Assembly: GCF_020745735.1 (NCBI RefSeq)
Contig: NC_083433.1
Coordinates: 5,529,363 to 5,593,362 of the forward strand
From: Hemiscyllium ocellatum
Lineage: Eukaryota
Length of the DNA: 64,000 nucleotides
Reading direction: 5' to 3'
The notes below the pieces were generated by a model. It did no database searches and was not told where the DNA came from. It saw nothing but the letters and a program-made list of their open reading frames with translations. The translations under genes and the position numbers were made by a program. Shown piece after piece: positions 50,031 through 63,859 of this stretch; position 1 is the first letter of the stretch; every line of letters starts with the position of its first letter.

Positions 50031-50679
50031 GTTGGAACCACCTCAAAGAGCAATCCAAATTTGGCTTTTATAGATTTTTATGGCAACAACTGGCTTTGCA
50101 ACAAGATCTCAATTTCAGCGACTAGAACAGAAAAGTACGTCAAGTTCTGCCAGGGGCATGGAAACTTTAATAGGAATTGTTTAGCAGTGACTGTTATCGC
50201 TTCAGTGTTCAGCAGAGAGAGAAGTTTAATTGGAAACAGATGAAGATTTGCAGTTAAACAGGGGACATGAGGAAATTGCTCAGCTTCCTTTCACGAAAGG
50301 TTGATCCCTTTCCCAACTGTCAGCTCCTACCTCCCTCTCTGCATGTTCTTTTTGGAGTTACCTTCTTGAATTTACAGTCTGTGCAACTCCGAGTGCTTCT
50401 ACTGTTGTCCCTCAAAAGCTCTTCAGGCATTATCCTTGGTCTTTTGTTTGCACTTCACTGCACTGACAAAGCTCATCATACTGTCTTTCTCTATCTCTCT
50501 CACTCTCTCTCTTACTCTCACTCTCTCTCTTACTCTCTGTCTCTTTCATACACACTCACTCTGTCTCTCGCTTCTCTCTCTCTCCCCCTCAGCCCCTCAA
50601 AACTCTGGACTCCTCATTGCCCCCAGGCCTGCCTTCAAAGATCGCTTGTCTTAATCTCCTTGTGTGCCGTGGTGCTAGA

Positions 50680-51400
50680 TAGAGTCATAGAGATGTACAG
50701 CATGGAAACAGATCCTTCAGTGCTGACCAGATATCCCAACCCAATCTAGTCCCACCTGCCAGCACCCGGCCCATATCTCTCCAAACCCTTCCTATTCATA
50801 TACTCATCCAAATGCCTCTTAAATGTTGCAATTGTACCAGCCTCCACCACTTCCTCTGGCAGCTCATTCCATACACATACCACCCTCTGTGTGAAAAGGT
50901 TGCCACGTAGGTCTCTTTTATCTTTCCCCTCTCACCCTAAACCTACGCCCTCTAGTTCTGGACTCCCAGGCCCCAGGGAAAAGACTTTGCCTATTTACTC
51001 CTATCCATGCCCCTCGTAATTTTGTAAACCTTTATAAGGTCACCCCTCAGCCTCCGACACTCCAGGGAAAACAGCCCCAGCCTGTTCAGCCTCTCCCTGT
51101 AGCTCAGAATCTCCAACCCTGGCAACATCCTTATAAATCTTTTCTGAACCCTTTTAAGTTTCACAACATCTTTCCGATAGGAAGGAGACCAGAATTGCAT
51201 GCAATATTCCAACAGTGGCCTAACCAATGTCCTGTACAGCCACAACATGACCTCCCAACTCCTGTACTCAATACTCTGACCAATAAAGGAAAGCATACCT
51301 GCACTCCAAGGTGTCTTTGTTCAGCAACACGCCCTAGGTCTTTACCATTAAGTGTATAAGTCCTGCTAAAATTTGCTTTCCCAAAATGCAGCACCTCTCA
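50680..51400 (-). mobile_element. CR1/HER1 LINE 3' fragment
   Basis: LYRTLVRPLLEYCMQFWSP...LRGDLIKVYKI plus 3' tail. Confidence 0.92.
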
Positions 51401-52489
51401 CAGATCTTTGATGAGGACTCTTGCAAAGTACCTGGGTTGATGGCCATGTCAATGGATTGATAATCCAGAGGCCCAGGCTAATGCTCTGAGTCAGAAGTCC
51501 CTCAGCACCTAGTTATAGTCCAACAGGTTGATTTGAAATCACAAGCGTCTGGAGCGCTGGTCCTTTGCCAGGTGAAATGGTCAGCTGAAGACTGATGAAG
51601 GAGCAGCGCTCTGAAAGCTTATGATTTCAAATAAACCTGGTAGACTATAACCTGTTGTCATGTGACTTTGACTTTGTCCACCCCAGTGCAACACTGGCAT
51701 CTCCACATGAATGCTCTGAGGACCCAGGTTCAAATCCCATCACTGTATCTGGTAGAATTTAAACTCATTAAATGTATTTTATTTGTGAAATTTTAAAAAG
51801 TGCATTGAAATAGTTCATAATCAGGAAGTTGCAAGACGTCGAATAAAATTCAACTTGTCTCCCTACAGCATTTTCAACTCTTGGGAGTCTCAAACAAATT
51901 GTAATATTCTTGATATTTACAATATACATTCCATGGCAGGCTTCAGTCCAAGGGGAAATCATTTCAAATTGAATAAGTAGAGTGTAATAGAATTTTGCTT
52001 CTCCCTATTTGCAGCATTTTCCACTCTGAGGTGTGTTAGCACATCTGCTGATGGCTACAGGAAACATTCTGTGTCAGGTGTAGACTCTACAGTCAGCATC
52101 TTATCATCCACTCATGGTCCACCCCATATTCAGGGTGATCATTAAGCTGTGGGTGCCTCTACCAAGACTGAGAGCTGTCTGTATTGTCCCAGCTGTTGTT
52201 ACCTGCTTGGTTTTGATAGTTTGGGCGTTATTACAGATGATACTGAAGTTTCCACAGCCTCCAGCTCACCCTCAAATATCCCAAAGCTTCAAGATGATTT
52301 TTTAAATTTGCACTTAATGTGATGAGACAGTTTTCAGAGAAAAAAATTTGCATGAAATGTGTTTTCTTTTTATGGGCTATGGGAGTCCCTGCCAAGGGCC
52401 CTGGTAGCTCTTGCTCGTCCCTAATTGCCCTTGCATTCTGGCTTGCTCAGGACATTTATTGGGGTGGGGGGCAGTTAACAGACAAACTC

Positions 52490-53090
52490 TCATCCACACC
52501 CCCTCCCCTCTCCTTTACCCCCACTGCCACCCTTCAATCACCAACCCCCCTCTTTCTTCTGCACCTCCCATTCTCTTTCCAGCCCCTCCCAGCTTTCTTC
52601 TGCCGCCTTGCCCCTCACCTTGTCACCCATCCCCCCCTCTCTTCTACCCCTTCCCCCTCTCTCTGCCGCCCCTCTCTTCTGCCTGACTCTTCTTCCCTCT
52701 TCACCCCAGTCTTCTGCCATCCTTCCCCCTCACCTTTTCACTCACCCCCTCTCTCTTCTGCCGCCCCTCTCTTCTGCCCCCGATTCTTTTTCCCTCTTCA
52801 CCCCAGTCTTCTGCCCCCCTTCCTCTCTCACCTTTTCACCCACCCCCCTCTCTCTTCCACCCCTTCCCCCTCTCTCTGCTCCCGACTCTTCTGCCCTCTT
52901 CACCTCTCTTCCGCCCCCTCCCCCTCCTCCTCTGCCCCCTCTGCCCTCTTCCGCTCCCTCGTCTCTCTTGCACTCTCCTCTCTCTCCCTCTCCTTCCCCC
53001 CCCTCTTTTCCCTACCCCTTCCTGCCCTTTGCCCCCCCACATTTGCTCCCTCTTTGCCCCCCCCACTGCGGTCCCCTCACTCCCAGTACT
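52490..53090 (+). repeat. Polypyrimidine low-complexity tract with internal duplications
   Basis: Almost pure C/T; CCCTCTTCACCCCAGTCTTCTGCC occurs twice. Similar tracts lie at 58580-58810 and 59930-60150. Confidence 0.85.
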
Positions 53091-53804
53091 CCATTGCCTG
53101 GGTTCCCATTGCCTGCTACTGTCTGATGGCCTGCTCGCTCAGTCTGAGTTCTAACGTCCTCCCGACACTGTTACCAGGATAGCCACAACACAACACTGCC
53201 TTTCACAGTGTGACTGGGGAATGTTGTGATTAAATTGGTACAATCTGTATCACTGGCTGTGTGAGTGATCCCAGCTGTTAGCCTGAGCTCCTGGAGATTA
53301 CTCGGCCTGATATCCCTCAGCCTTCACAGGGCGTCCACTCAACGTGTCACCCCTCACCTACTTTGTGTTTGAAAACAACGTCATCTCTCGTCAGACCCGC
53401 CCCACCCCCACAAGGCCAGCTTGAAATGCTGGCAATACTGTTAACTCACGGGGCCTTTCAGGAACCATGTTCTGTCTGAGACTAGACAACAACATCTGCC
53501 TCAATAATTTGAGATCTTCCCTCAGTCCACAGTTGTTGTAGTTTGCAGCCTGTTGCTAGCCCGGGGCAGGGTGGAGGAGGGGGTGTGGGGGTGTCAAGAC
53601 TTTCTCAGTTGACCCCCACCTCTGAGTCAAAAGATCGCCTTTGAACTCCGAGATTGGATCCCAGAATCCAGAATAGCTCTCCCGTTCTAGCGTTCCGTTG
53701 AGTGCTACTCTGTCAGAGACGCGGATTGAGATTGAATTTTAAAAACTGTAACCTCTTCCCCCAATCTGCACCCTTGGTTGGATTTGCAGATCCCACATCC
53801 AGGA

Positions 53805-54220
53805 TTAAGCAGCTCACTTCATCTACAAATACCCACTCCCTCCACCACCGATGCTCAGTAGCAGCAGTGTGTACCATCTACAAGACGAGCTGCAGAAACT
53901 CACCAAAGATCCTCAGACAGCACCTTCCAAACCCACGACCACTTCCACCTCGAAGGACAAGGGCAGCAGATACATGGGAGCACTACCCCCCTGCAAGTTC
54001 CCCTCCGAGCCACCCACCATCTCAACTTGGAAATATATCTCCGTTCCTTCAGTGTCACTGGGTCAAAATCCTGGAATTCCCTCCGTAAGGGCATTGTGGG
54101 TCAACTCACAGTAGATGGACTGCAGCGGTTCAAGAAGGCAGCTCACCCCCGCCTTCTCAAGGGGCAACTAGGGATGGGCAATAAATATCGGGCCCAGCCA
54201 GTGATGTCCACAATGTGAAT
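53805..54220 (+). mobile_element. LINE 3' end of a second family (CR1/L2 group)
   Basis: HSLHHR.SVAAVCTIYK..C.NSPK.LRQHLP..R.....TR and the tail GGGATGGGCAATAAAT; relatives at 61870-62160, 44970-45120 and 36400-36700. Confidence 0.7.
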
Positions 54221-54689
54221 GTAGTTTGTCCATCATCCACTTCTTCTATCCAAGTTGAACTCTCCTCCTTCTGTTGTCAAGACGAGACGGATGTGGATAG
54301 TCAGCCTGGGCTGAAACACTGACATTCTCCTTCCCAGATGTCACATTGTTAGAATTTCTTTTTGCTCTGGCAACCTCCAGCATCTGTACGTGTGGCCCCA
54401 TGCTGTGTTGACGTCCATCTTCACGTGTCTGATACTTGTGAGTGGATAGGGGTTCGGTTCGCTTGGTTGGCTGGTTTGTGATGCAGACTGAGGCCAACAG
54501 CGTGGGTTCAATTCCCGAATCGGTTGAGGTTAACTCTCCTTTTCAATCTCTCCCCTCAGCTGAGGCGTATTGACCCTCTTGTTCAACCACCACCAATCAT
54601 ATCTCTCTATCTCTCTCTCTCTCTCTCTCTGTGGTCTAGTAGCACTATGGTGACTATATCTTTTGATTTTGCCTTCTCCCTCTCTTAGG

Positions 54690-54900
54690 GGAAAGTGAGG
54701 ACTGCAGATGCTGGAGGTCAGAGTTGAAGAGTGTGGTGCTGGAAAAGCTCAGCAGGTCAGGCAGCATCTGAGGAGCAGGAGAATCAATGTTTTGGGCATA
54801 AGGTCTTCATCGTTCCTGAAGAAGGGCTTATGCCCGAAACATCGATTCTCCTGCTCCTCGGATGCTGCCTGACCTGCTGTGCTTTTCCAGCACCACCTCT
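54690..54900. mobile_element. Penelope-type inverted-repeat element
   Basis: Inverted arms around CTGAAGAAGGGCTTATGCCCGAAACATC; relatives at 27185-27360, 34380-34510, 35000-35130, 44470-44670 and 16690-16760. Confidence 0.65.
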
Positions 54901-56176
54901 CTCTCCCTTTCCTACCCCTTTTAATGGCCTGCATTGCCCTTAATATAAGTAGATTAATTAGAAAATGCAGGTGATTTATTGGCGATGGTCAGTCGGTGAA
55001 AAACATTATGAGGCTGATTTGATAATGGAGAAATAAAAATGTTCATTTGTTTGTAAGAATACTTCTGGCAGAAAAAGAGAAAGACTTTTGGAAGACATAG
55101 GATCCACAACTGTCCCTGATGGGCTGACTGTAGTGCAGTGGTAGTGTTCCAACCTCTGGAAGCCTGTGTTCAAGCTCCACCTGCTCCAGAGGAGTGTCAT
55201 AACATCTCTGAACGGGTCGTTTAGAAAATATCAACACAACTGCCCCCTTCAAGGACCTCAGCTATTCCCCTGATCTTTCTCCCACCTAACACTGTGTGAC
55301 ATCATCGGGGGGGCGGAGCTTAATATGATCTCTGACATTAACTGTTTCGGAACTCTTCGCTAATACAGCAACATTCATATTCCAAAGACATCTCTTTGCA
55401 TCTACAGCCCTTTTCATATTTCCCAGAGTGGAGGGAAGTGGATAGAATTAGCGTCTTATGAGGTTTGGTTCCCCTTTTCTAGATTCTCCTTTTAGCTTTG
55501 CAAAACTATTTCTGGCAATCTCTGTCCTCCTTCTAATTTCTGTTTGCATCACACTTTCCGTCTTCTGTTTTCGTTTATGTTAAATACCTAACGTTTATCT
55601 ACCTGGTCACTTCAACATCATCCACTTCATCCTCACACTAGATTCTTCTAGCCTGTACCTAGTCAAAATATCATTGCTTTGTCTCTTTGATGTTTGTACT
55701 CAATTCATTTCTGATGTTATAGATTTTCCTTAATGTGATGGTTGATATAGCCTCAGCTGATTTTATAACTAGCTCTATACCTTATCCAATATCCTGTGAA
55801 AATGTTTCCAAAGGGACTTCAATTGACTGTAAAGTGCTTTGGGTGGTCTTGAGGATGTGAAAGTGCTATGTAAATGCAGGACTGACTTCCTTACATGCCA
55901 GTTTCCTTCCTGGTAAAGTTTCTATAGCAATTGAACCAGTGAATGTGGTGACTATCCAGTGGGCTGCTTTTTTTCCTGGGTGGTATCCAGAAGTTTTAAG
56001 TGTTGTTGGAGCTGCACTCATCCAGAGTATTCCATGGCACTCCTGACTTGTGTGCAGTTGATGATGGAGAGATTTTGAGAGGTCAAGAGTTGAGTTAGTC
56101 ATCAGAAAATCCACAGCCTCTGATCTGCTCTGATGGCCAGAGTACGTTTATGAGTTTGCTAAAGAAAAGTCACGTT

Positions 56177-56212
56177 TTGTCAAAGCTTTTCAACTTGCAT
56201 TCATCAGGACAA
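56177..56212 (-). ncRNA. Minimal type I hammerhead ribozyme motif (weak stem II)
   Basis: TTGTC CTGATGA ATGCAAGTT GAAA AGCTTT|GACAA: perfect 5-bp stem I and AAGCTT palindrome; inverted sister copy near 56755. Confidence 0.55.
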
Positions 56213-58243
56213 TTTACAAGAGTGCCAGTGTCAAAGGGAGCAATCGTCAGTCAGGCCCACAGTGCGTCACACTTGTGTATACTGGAGCCTATACACCTTC
56301 TATATATATACAACACAGCCCTGTACCTTTCAAACAGAACATGTACATACATTGCACCTTCTTCATCTTAAATCAACGAATAGATATAGAAACAGAAATA
56401 GATACATGTCATTTTCTGATCTATTCTTCAGGACAATGCTTTGACCAGTTAGGGCTAACCTGCCTGGTTTAAATTTAAACAAAGCTTGGTGATTAACTGT
56501 CAATCATCACCAATCTGGTTCACACTCTGTGATAATGCCAACACAAATCAATCAGCATTCTCTTCTGCAACAATGTGGAGGGTTCCATCGACATACTGAA
56601 TCGGAAGTGAAAAAAAATCACATTGGACTTGAAAGGTTAACACTCTTTCTCGCTCCACAGTTGTTGCCAGACCTGCTGGAGTTTCTCTAGATCCTCTGTC
56701 TTTGTTTCAACATCGAATGTTACTCCCCGTTACACTAGCATTCCAGCAAATACCCTGAAGAATGCAAAGTGAAAATCTTTAACAAGCTGAGTTTGTTTTG
56801 CAATCATACTTGTGTTCTGTACCATCAAATGACTAGTTATATGATTTTTTTTTAAAAGGAAAAATGGGCATTTCTAGCTCAAGAAAGTCTGTCTCATTTC
56901 CTTAAAATAAAAAATGTATTAAATGTACAGCTGTTTGATTTGGGTTTGCTCTTGCGTTCTATCTGGTGATAGAGGAGATTCTTGGTCTGAATTCTGTCTG
57001 ATTCCCCTGGAGTATTTATTAAGCTCCGGTTACCATGGAATCTGTGCCTGCATTTCCTGTTCTCAGGGCCTGAGGCCCCCTCTCTCTCAATAGGTCACTT
57101 CCTCCAACTTTATTAATAGTGTTAGCTTAAATTAGCTGGCTGAGTTTGAAAGTACTGAGCGTACGTTTTGTCCAGTGCTGCATAGCTAGGGACATCTCGA
57201 CCCTTCATGTTCTGTGATGTTGTGTGAAGATAGGGAGCTTGTAGTCAGGCAAATAGCCTGGTAAAACAATCCTGCCTTGGTATAGCACCTCTGTCAGAGT
57301 GAAGCAACCCAAGGTGGATGGGATGTCTAATTGACAACATTTGACAGTGACCGTCATGGGTAGTGTTAGGACTGGTGGCCAAAAGAACACAAGAGCACAG
57401 GAACAGGCCCTTTGGCCCTCCAAGCTGATCATCATGCCCTAACTAAACTGAAAAACAAACCTTTTGTCCCTTATTCGGTCTGTATCTATCAATTCCCTCC
57501 CTATTTATGTAACCATCCAGATGCCTCTTAAATGTTCACATGGGCCTGATTTCAGGATTTAGATTTTTATTTTGAGGAGGAAATCCAAAGTTTGAGTTCC
57601 ACACGGCTATGATGGAGGGAGGGAGGAGAATTGAAGATGCGCAGGATGTGGCACAAGCCCAGAGAACGTCGAACCCAGCAGGTCTCTCAGCATGTGTGGA
57701 GAGAGAGGGACAGAGTTAACGTTTCACGTTCGGTAAGACCTTTTCAGAACTGAAAAGGAGTCAGACTGGACTGGAAACATTAACTCTGTTCCTCTCTCTT
57801 CACAGATGCTGCCAGACCTGCTGTGTTTCTCCAGTATTCCCACTTGTTTCAGATAGCCAGCATCCACAATATGTTTGCTTTTATTTATGTTGTATAAGAC
57901 GTGGACTCTATAAAACGGTTAACTCTGAAGCCTTTGTGTTGCTGTACCCACAGGGATATAAATGATAATCTCTGGGAGGAGCTAGTCAGTTTTAGTTGCC
58001 TCTTGAATTTCTCTAGTTTGTTAGACTCCCCTCCTACTGTTAACCTAACGGACATAGCTGTTAACTTGTTCTCTCTATGGAGACGTTCATTCGTTTCTCT
58101 CCATGTCATGGAACACCACTTATGTCTCTCCAATGAGAGGGCAGCCCTCTGGTCCATTACGGAGTATGGTAACTCACTCTCTTCTCGTCTCCCCCTTTCC
58201 CCACCCCGTCTCTCCTATTCGCTCCCCCCCCCCCCATCTCACC

Positions 58244-58577
58244 GGTGGTGGCACAGTGGCTCAATGGTTAGCTCTCCTGCCTCACAGCGCCAGGTGACTG
58301 TCTGACTGTGTGGAGTTTGCACGTTCTCCCCGTGTCTGTGTGGGTTTCCTCCGGGTGCTCTGCTTTCCTCCCACAGTCCAAAGATGTGCAAGTTAGGGTG
58401 GATTGGCTGTGTTAAATTGCCCGTAGTGTTCAGGGGTGTGTACATTCAGTGCATTAGTAAAGGGTGAATGTAAAATAGTAGGATAGGGGATTGGGTCTGG
58501 ATGGGATACCCGTCGGAGGGTCGGTGTGGACTTGTTGGGCCAAAGGGCCTGTTTCCACAGTATAGGGATTCTATATT
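58244..58577 (+). mobile_element. HE1/V-SINE
   Basis: tRNA head and V domain. Confidence 0.85.
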
Positions 58578-59929
58578 CTATCTCCCCCTCTTCCCCCCAC
58601 TCGTCTTCTCCCCTCTTCTCCTTCTCTTCCCCTTTACCCCTCCTTCCCCCGTCTCCCCCTCTTCCCTCTCTGTCTCCTCTCATCTCCCTTCCCCCTGCAT
58701 CTCCCCTTTCACCCCATCTCTCCCCTTGTCCCCCCCATCTTCCCGCCCCACCATCTCTCCTCTTCCCCTCCCCCCATCCCAACACCCCCCATCTCCACCT
58801 CTCCAATGAGAGACCAGGCCCATGGTCATTTGAGGCAATAACTTTATCTTTCCAACGACATTATCTCACTTCCCTTCCCTGTAACCTGCGGCCTTACGCC
58901 TATGTCACAAACATATCCTGTTACTCAGGAATAAGCCTCTTCTGCCAAGACCGCAGGTGGCCATCTGTCATAAGACTTTGAATGTAAGAATTACAAACAG
59001 GATTAGGCTATTCAGCCCCTCAATCCTGCTGCACCGTTCCATAAGGTCATGGTATCCTCCGGTCCATGTTTCCACCTATCCATGATAACCTCACTTATCA
59101 AGGATCGAGCTACTGTGTCCTTAAAATGTTCAAAGATTCTGCTTCCATGTTTTCAGGAAGAGAATTCCAAAGACACTTGACCCTCAGAGAAAATGTTATT
59201 TTCCTGACCTCAATTTTCAACTCTTAATTTTTGAATAATATCAGCAGCTTCTAGTTTTTCGACAACATGTTGATATCACTCCTTTTTAAAGGTGACTGAG
59301 ACTGGATACAGTACTCCAACAAAACTTTCCCCCAGCAATGTGGTTGACTTTTAACCACCCTCTGGGCAATTAGGGATGGGCAATAAATGCTGCCCTGGCC
59401 AGTGACACCATCATCCCGTGAATAAACAAACAAAATGCGTTTTACAATGCCCTGTCTGTGGGTTGGCAGTGCTGTACTGCAGCGAGAGAGACAACACCCT
59501 GGATACGGAAAGGGAAACTCTGAGAAGAGAGGTGCTCCGTCACTTTCCAAGCTAACAGCAAGAATCATTTGGCATTGTGAAGCCAAACCAGAGGAAAGAG
59601 GCAGCCTTCTGCATTTTTATTTGATTTCGCAGTGAGTCTGGGGAATAAATTCCATTCACTGCAGGTCAAACTTTCCACTCTCAGCTCGCCAGCCCTGAGC
59701 TGAGCAGTTGCCTCAGTCAGGCCCAGTAATTACCTGTGCTGGTTTGATAGAACTCTGCAATCTAACAGGACGCTCATATTTCTGAGTCTCTGCTGACAGG
59801 AGACAGACACCAGCTTCTCACTTCATGACTACAGTGTATATTCTTCAACCTTCTTGGCCCTGACTGTTTAAACTTGCACAAATGACTCTCGCTCTATCCC
59901 TCCCCTCATATCCATTTGTCCCCCATGTC

Positions 59930-59968
<39 letters not shown>

Positions 59969-61177
59969 TGTCTGTGTTCTCTTTCTGTTCTCTTTCTCTG
60001 TTCTCTCGTTCTCTCTCTTCTCACTCTCACTGTCTCTGTTTTCTCTCTCTCTCTCACCCATGTTCTTAAACTCTCTCTCCCTCATTCTTCCCAAAAATGC
60101 TTTCTCCCATTTTTTTCCCTTTCTTGTATCTTTTTCTCTATTTTTCCAGATCTAGAGGGCATAGGTTCAGGGTGAGAGGGGAAAATTTAAAAGGGACCTA
60201 AGGGGCAACTTTTTCTCGGAGGGTGGTGCATGTATGGAATGAGCTGCCAGAGGAAGTGATGGAGGCTGGTATAATTACAACAGTTAAAAGGAAAAGTTTA
60301 GAGGACCAAGTGCTGGCAAATGGGATTAAATTAGGTTCGGATATTGGCATGGACAGGTTGGAACCAAGGGTGCTGTACATCTCTGACTCTCTTGCTGTGT
60401 TCTATCTCTCCCTCACTCTGTGTTCATTCCCTCTTGTGCTCTCTCTCGTCCGTCTCTATGACTTATCATTCGCATTCTCTTTCTCCCATCTTCTGTCTGC
60501 CAATATTCCCTCTCTTTGCCCCTCCACCCAGTGTTTCTTTTCTCTCTCTCTCTCTTTGAAGTTCAGTTCTTGGCAGCTTTGAATAAATGAGAGAATATTT
60601 CCTAAACTTTTGCCTTTGCACACATTTCAGCCAAGACCTGAAGTCAATTCGAGAGTAAGTTCAGTTTCTTCAGACAGGAAGCAGCTGAGCTGCTGTATCA
60701 TGGTGAGGGGGCAAGGTCTTTCTAGGTCAAACAACAACAATGATCAGGCTGTCCTCTGTCTGCAGCCTTCACTCCCACCACCAAGTGCATCAGCAAAATC
60801 CAGCAGACACAGGGAATCGAAAATAAAACAAAAGATACTCACAACATTTTGCAGGCTACAGGTCATGAAGCTGAGACATTGATTCTGTTTCTCTTTCTCT
60901 CATCGCAGTCTGACCCCCTCAAATGTTTCCAGCATTTTCTGTTCCATTTATTATTCGAATACTCTAACAATATAACCCAACTGGAGGAAAAATGTCCCCC
61001 CGAGAGTCCTAACAAATATTTATCCGAAAATTGTCATCACTGCAATAAGGTCACCTGGGTGTCATCAGGCTGTGGGATCTTGCTGTCGAAGTTTGGCTGT
61101 CCGTGAAGAATTGTTGAAAGATTAAAGCACAGCTGGAGGCCTTTTGGCCCATTCTGTCCTTGGTGGCTCTTTGCAAG

Positions 61178-61498
61178 AGGCACAGTGGCTCAGTGGTTAG
61201 CACTCCTGCCTCACAGCAGCCAGGACCCGGGTTCAATTCCAGCCTCAGGCAACTATCTGTGTGGAGTTTGCACATTCTCCCCGTGTCTGCGTGGGTTTCC
61301 TCTGGGTGCTCCAGTTTTCTCCTACAGTCGTAAGGTGTGCAGGTCAGGTGGATTGGCCATGGGAAATTGCCCACAGTGTTCAGGGATTTTTAAGTTCTGT
61401 GCATTAGTCAGGGGTAAATCTAGAGTAATAGGGTAGGGGAATGGGTCTGGGTGCGTTACTCTTCAGAGGGTCAATGTGGACTTGTTGGGATTCTATGA
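61178..61498 (+). mobile_element. HE1/V-SINE
   Basis: tRNA head with GGTTCAATTCC B box and V domain. Confidence 0.85.
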
Positions 61499-61539
61499 TG
61501 AAGAGAAACTCACCCTGTCCAACTCCCTCACCCTTTCTC

Positions 61540-61870
61540 TGCAAAGAGTGGATGTGGAGAAGATGTTTCCACTTGTAGGAGAGATTGGGACCCAAGGGCA
61601 CAGCCTCAAAGTGAAGGGATGACTCTTTCGAACTGAGATGAGGAGGAATTTCTTCAGCCAGAGGGTTGGGAATCTGTGGAACTCATTGCTGCAGAGGGCT
61701 GTGGAGGCCAAGTTGTTGAATGTATTTAAGACAGAGGTAGGTTCTTGATTGATAAGGCGTTCAAGGATTACAGGGAGTAGGAGGGTGAGGGTGAGAAATG
61801 TATCCTACATGATCGAGTTGAGGAGCAAATTGACGGGCCCACATTCTGCTCCTATATCTTATGGTCTTAT
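61540..61870 (+). mobile_element. CR1 LINE 3' fragment (second subfamily)
   Basis: GGGCACAGCCTC..GAGATGAGGAGGAATTTCTTCAGCCAGAGGG; relatives at 7990-8280, 35250-35570, 39520-39835 and 44670-44950. Confidence 0.8.
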
Positions 61871-63077
61871 GGCTCCTTGGACAGTACCTTTGAAACCTAG
61901 GACCTCTCCCATCCAGAAGGACAAGGGCAGCAGATACATGGGAACACCACCCCCTGCAAGTTCCCCTCCAATCCACTCTCCATCCCGACTTGGAAGTATA
62001 TTGCCGTTCCTGCTGGGTTGAAATCCTGGATTTCCCTCCTTAAGGGCATCATGGGTGTCTCTGCACTCCATGGACTGCACCACTTTGTCCAGGCCAATTG
62101 GGAGAGCAGGCAGTAAATGCTGGTCAAATCAATGATGCTCCTGTCCAGTGAATGAATAAAAGGAACCATCATGGAACAGCCCTACAAACCTCCTGGAATT
62201 CTGCACTCCTCCAAAGAGGTCTGCATCCCCACCTCCATTCCTCTGTCTATTTTTGGAGCCATTGTTTCCCTGGACTCTGGATTCTGGGACTTTCTTGGTG
62301 GATCTTTCCACGATTCCTCATTTTTCTGCCTTCCACTGACCTCTTTGTGTCAAAGGCTTCCCTTCCTTGCGTTCTAGCTGAGCATCTTGGCGGGGTGTAT
62401 CCCATTACCAGCGCTACATAAGTGCGGGTTGTTGTCAGAACCGACTGACATTCAGTGTCCATGAAATCATGACTTTGAGAGATAGAGCCAAGTCCTTCAG
62501 AGGAGGAAGATTTAATAAGCCAAGTGAACTGGGAAGTCTTGTCCAACATTATTCTGATGTTATAAAATTATGAAGTCAAAGATTGATTAACAGTGTGACC
62601 GGTTTTTGACTATGACCTTGTGATTCAGTGTCTGTCCCTGTGGTTAAGCAATGTCAGTAGTGTTGTTGTTTAGGTCGTCTTTCAGTCTTAAGTGAAATTC
62701 CAGAACATTCCAGAGGAAATGGATAGCAGACCTCATGTGCTGGTTGTGAATTAGACTTCGTACATACACATATTTGGTAAAAGGTTGTACTGGTGATTCT
62801 CTGAGTGGGATCATCCAGACAGCAAGACAATTAAATAAAGCTCACTTCCTACTTCAGTCCCCCCTCCCTCTCACCGCTCCTGCCTTACCATATAGTTGAG
62901 TGTTTAACCCTCAGTTCTGGACCAACACAATTTGTCCAGTTTGATAATAAGAGACGAGTTGTAGCAGATTTTTAATTTTCCCATTCAGTATGTGAATGTT
63001 TCTGTAATCTGAGGGTCTGTGTCTGTGTGTCTGCACATCCTATAACTATGTGTGAAGGAGTGTATCTCTGACTGTTG

Positions 63078-63231
63078 NNNNNNNNNNNNNNNNNNNNNNN
63101 NNNNNNNNNNNNNNNNNNNNNNNNNNNNNNNNNNNNNNNNNNNNNNNNNNNNNNNNNNNNNNNNNNNNNNNNNNNNNNNNNNNNNNNNNNNNNNNNNNNN
63201 NNNNNNNNNNNNNNNNNNNNNNNNNNNNNNN
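63078..63231. other. Assembly gap (154 N)
   Basis: Run of N. Confidence 1.
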
Positions 63232-63859
63232 GTGGGTTTCTATGACTGGAACTGGCCAGTGATATCCATGTCCTGTGAATGAATGTTTAAAAATCATAAA
63301 TCAGGGACTGAGAACTATCTATGAAATGACATAATTTTGTGCTGAAATGGTTGACTCTTACCTGCTCCCTGGGACGGTCAATAAATGCTGGCCTAGCCAA
63401 CGATGCCGTCTTCCCATGGAAAAAAAATTTTAAACTCTTGAGGTTGCACAATGGTACGATGCTCATCCAAGAGAATAAATAAAGCCAAGGCCTCAACGCA
63501 ATGGGAAGAATGAAGATCCAGAGATTGGCCAGTAAGCAAAATCCCCTCATCCCAGCTGAAACAAGCTAGAACTTTGGACTGATAACCCTGCACATGCCCA
63601 AAGAGATTTGGAACAATTTGCATGTCACAAAGTCATTGACTCGAGAAGATTATGAAGGTATTTTTTTCAGGGTTTTGATGTCTCCCAGGTGAATGTTGTC
63701 TAATGAGCAGACAAATGTACACATGTTGGTGAAAGAGTAGGCCATTCAGCCTCTCGAGTCTCTTCTGCTATTCAAAAGAATCATTTCTAATCTGATTGTA
63801 ACCTCAAATCTTCAATTCCTTGTTAATCTTACACACCCACTCCCTCCCGCCCTCTTAAG

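Noticed and set aside
47818-53182. Pro/Gly/Ser/Leu-rich ORFs
   Set aside because: They are translations of low-complexity G-rich and CT-rich tracts.
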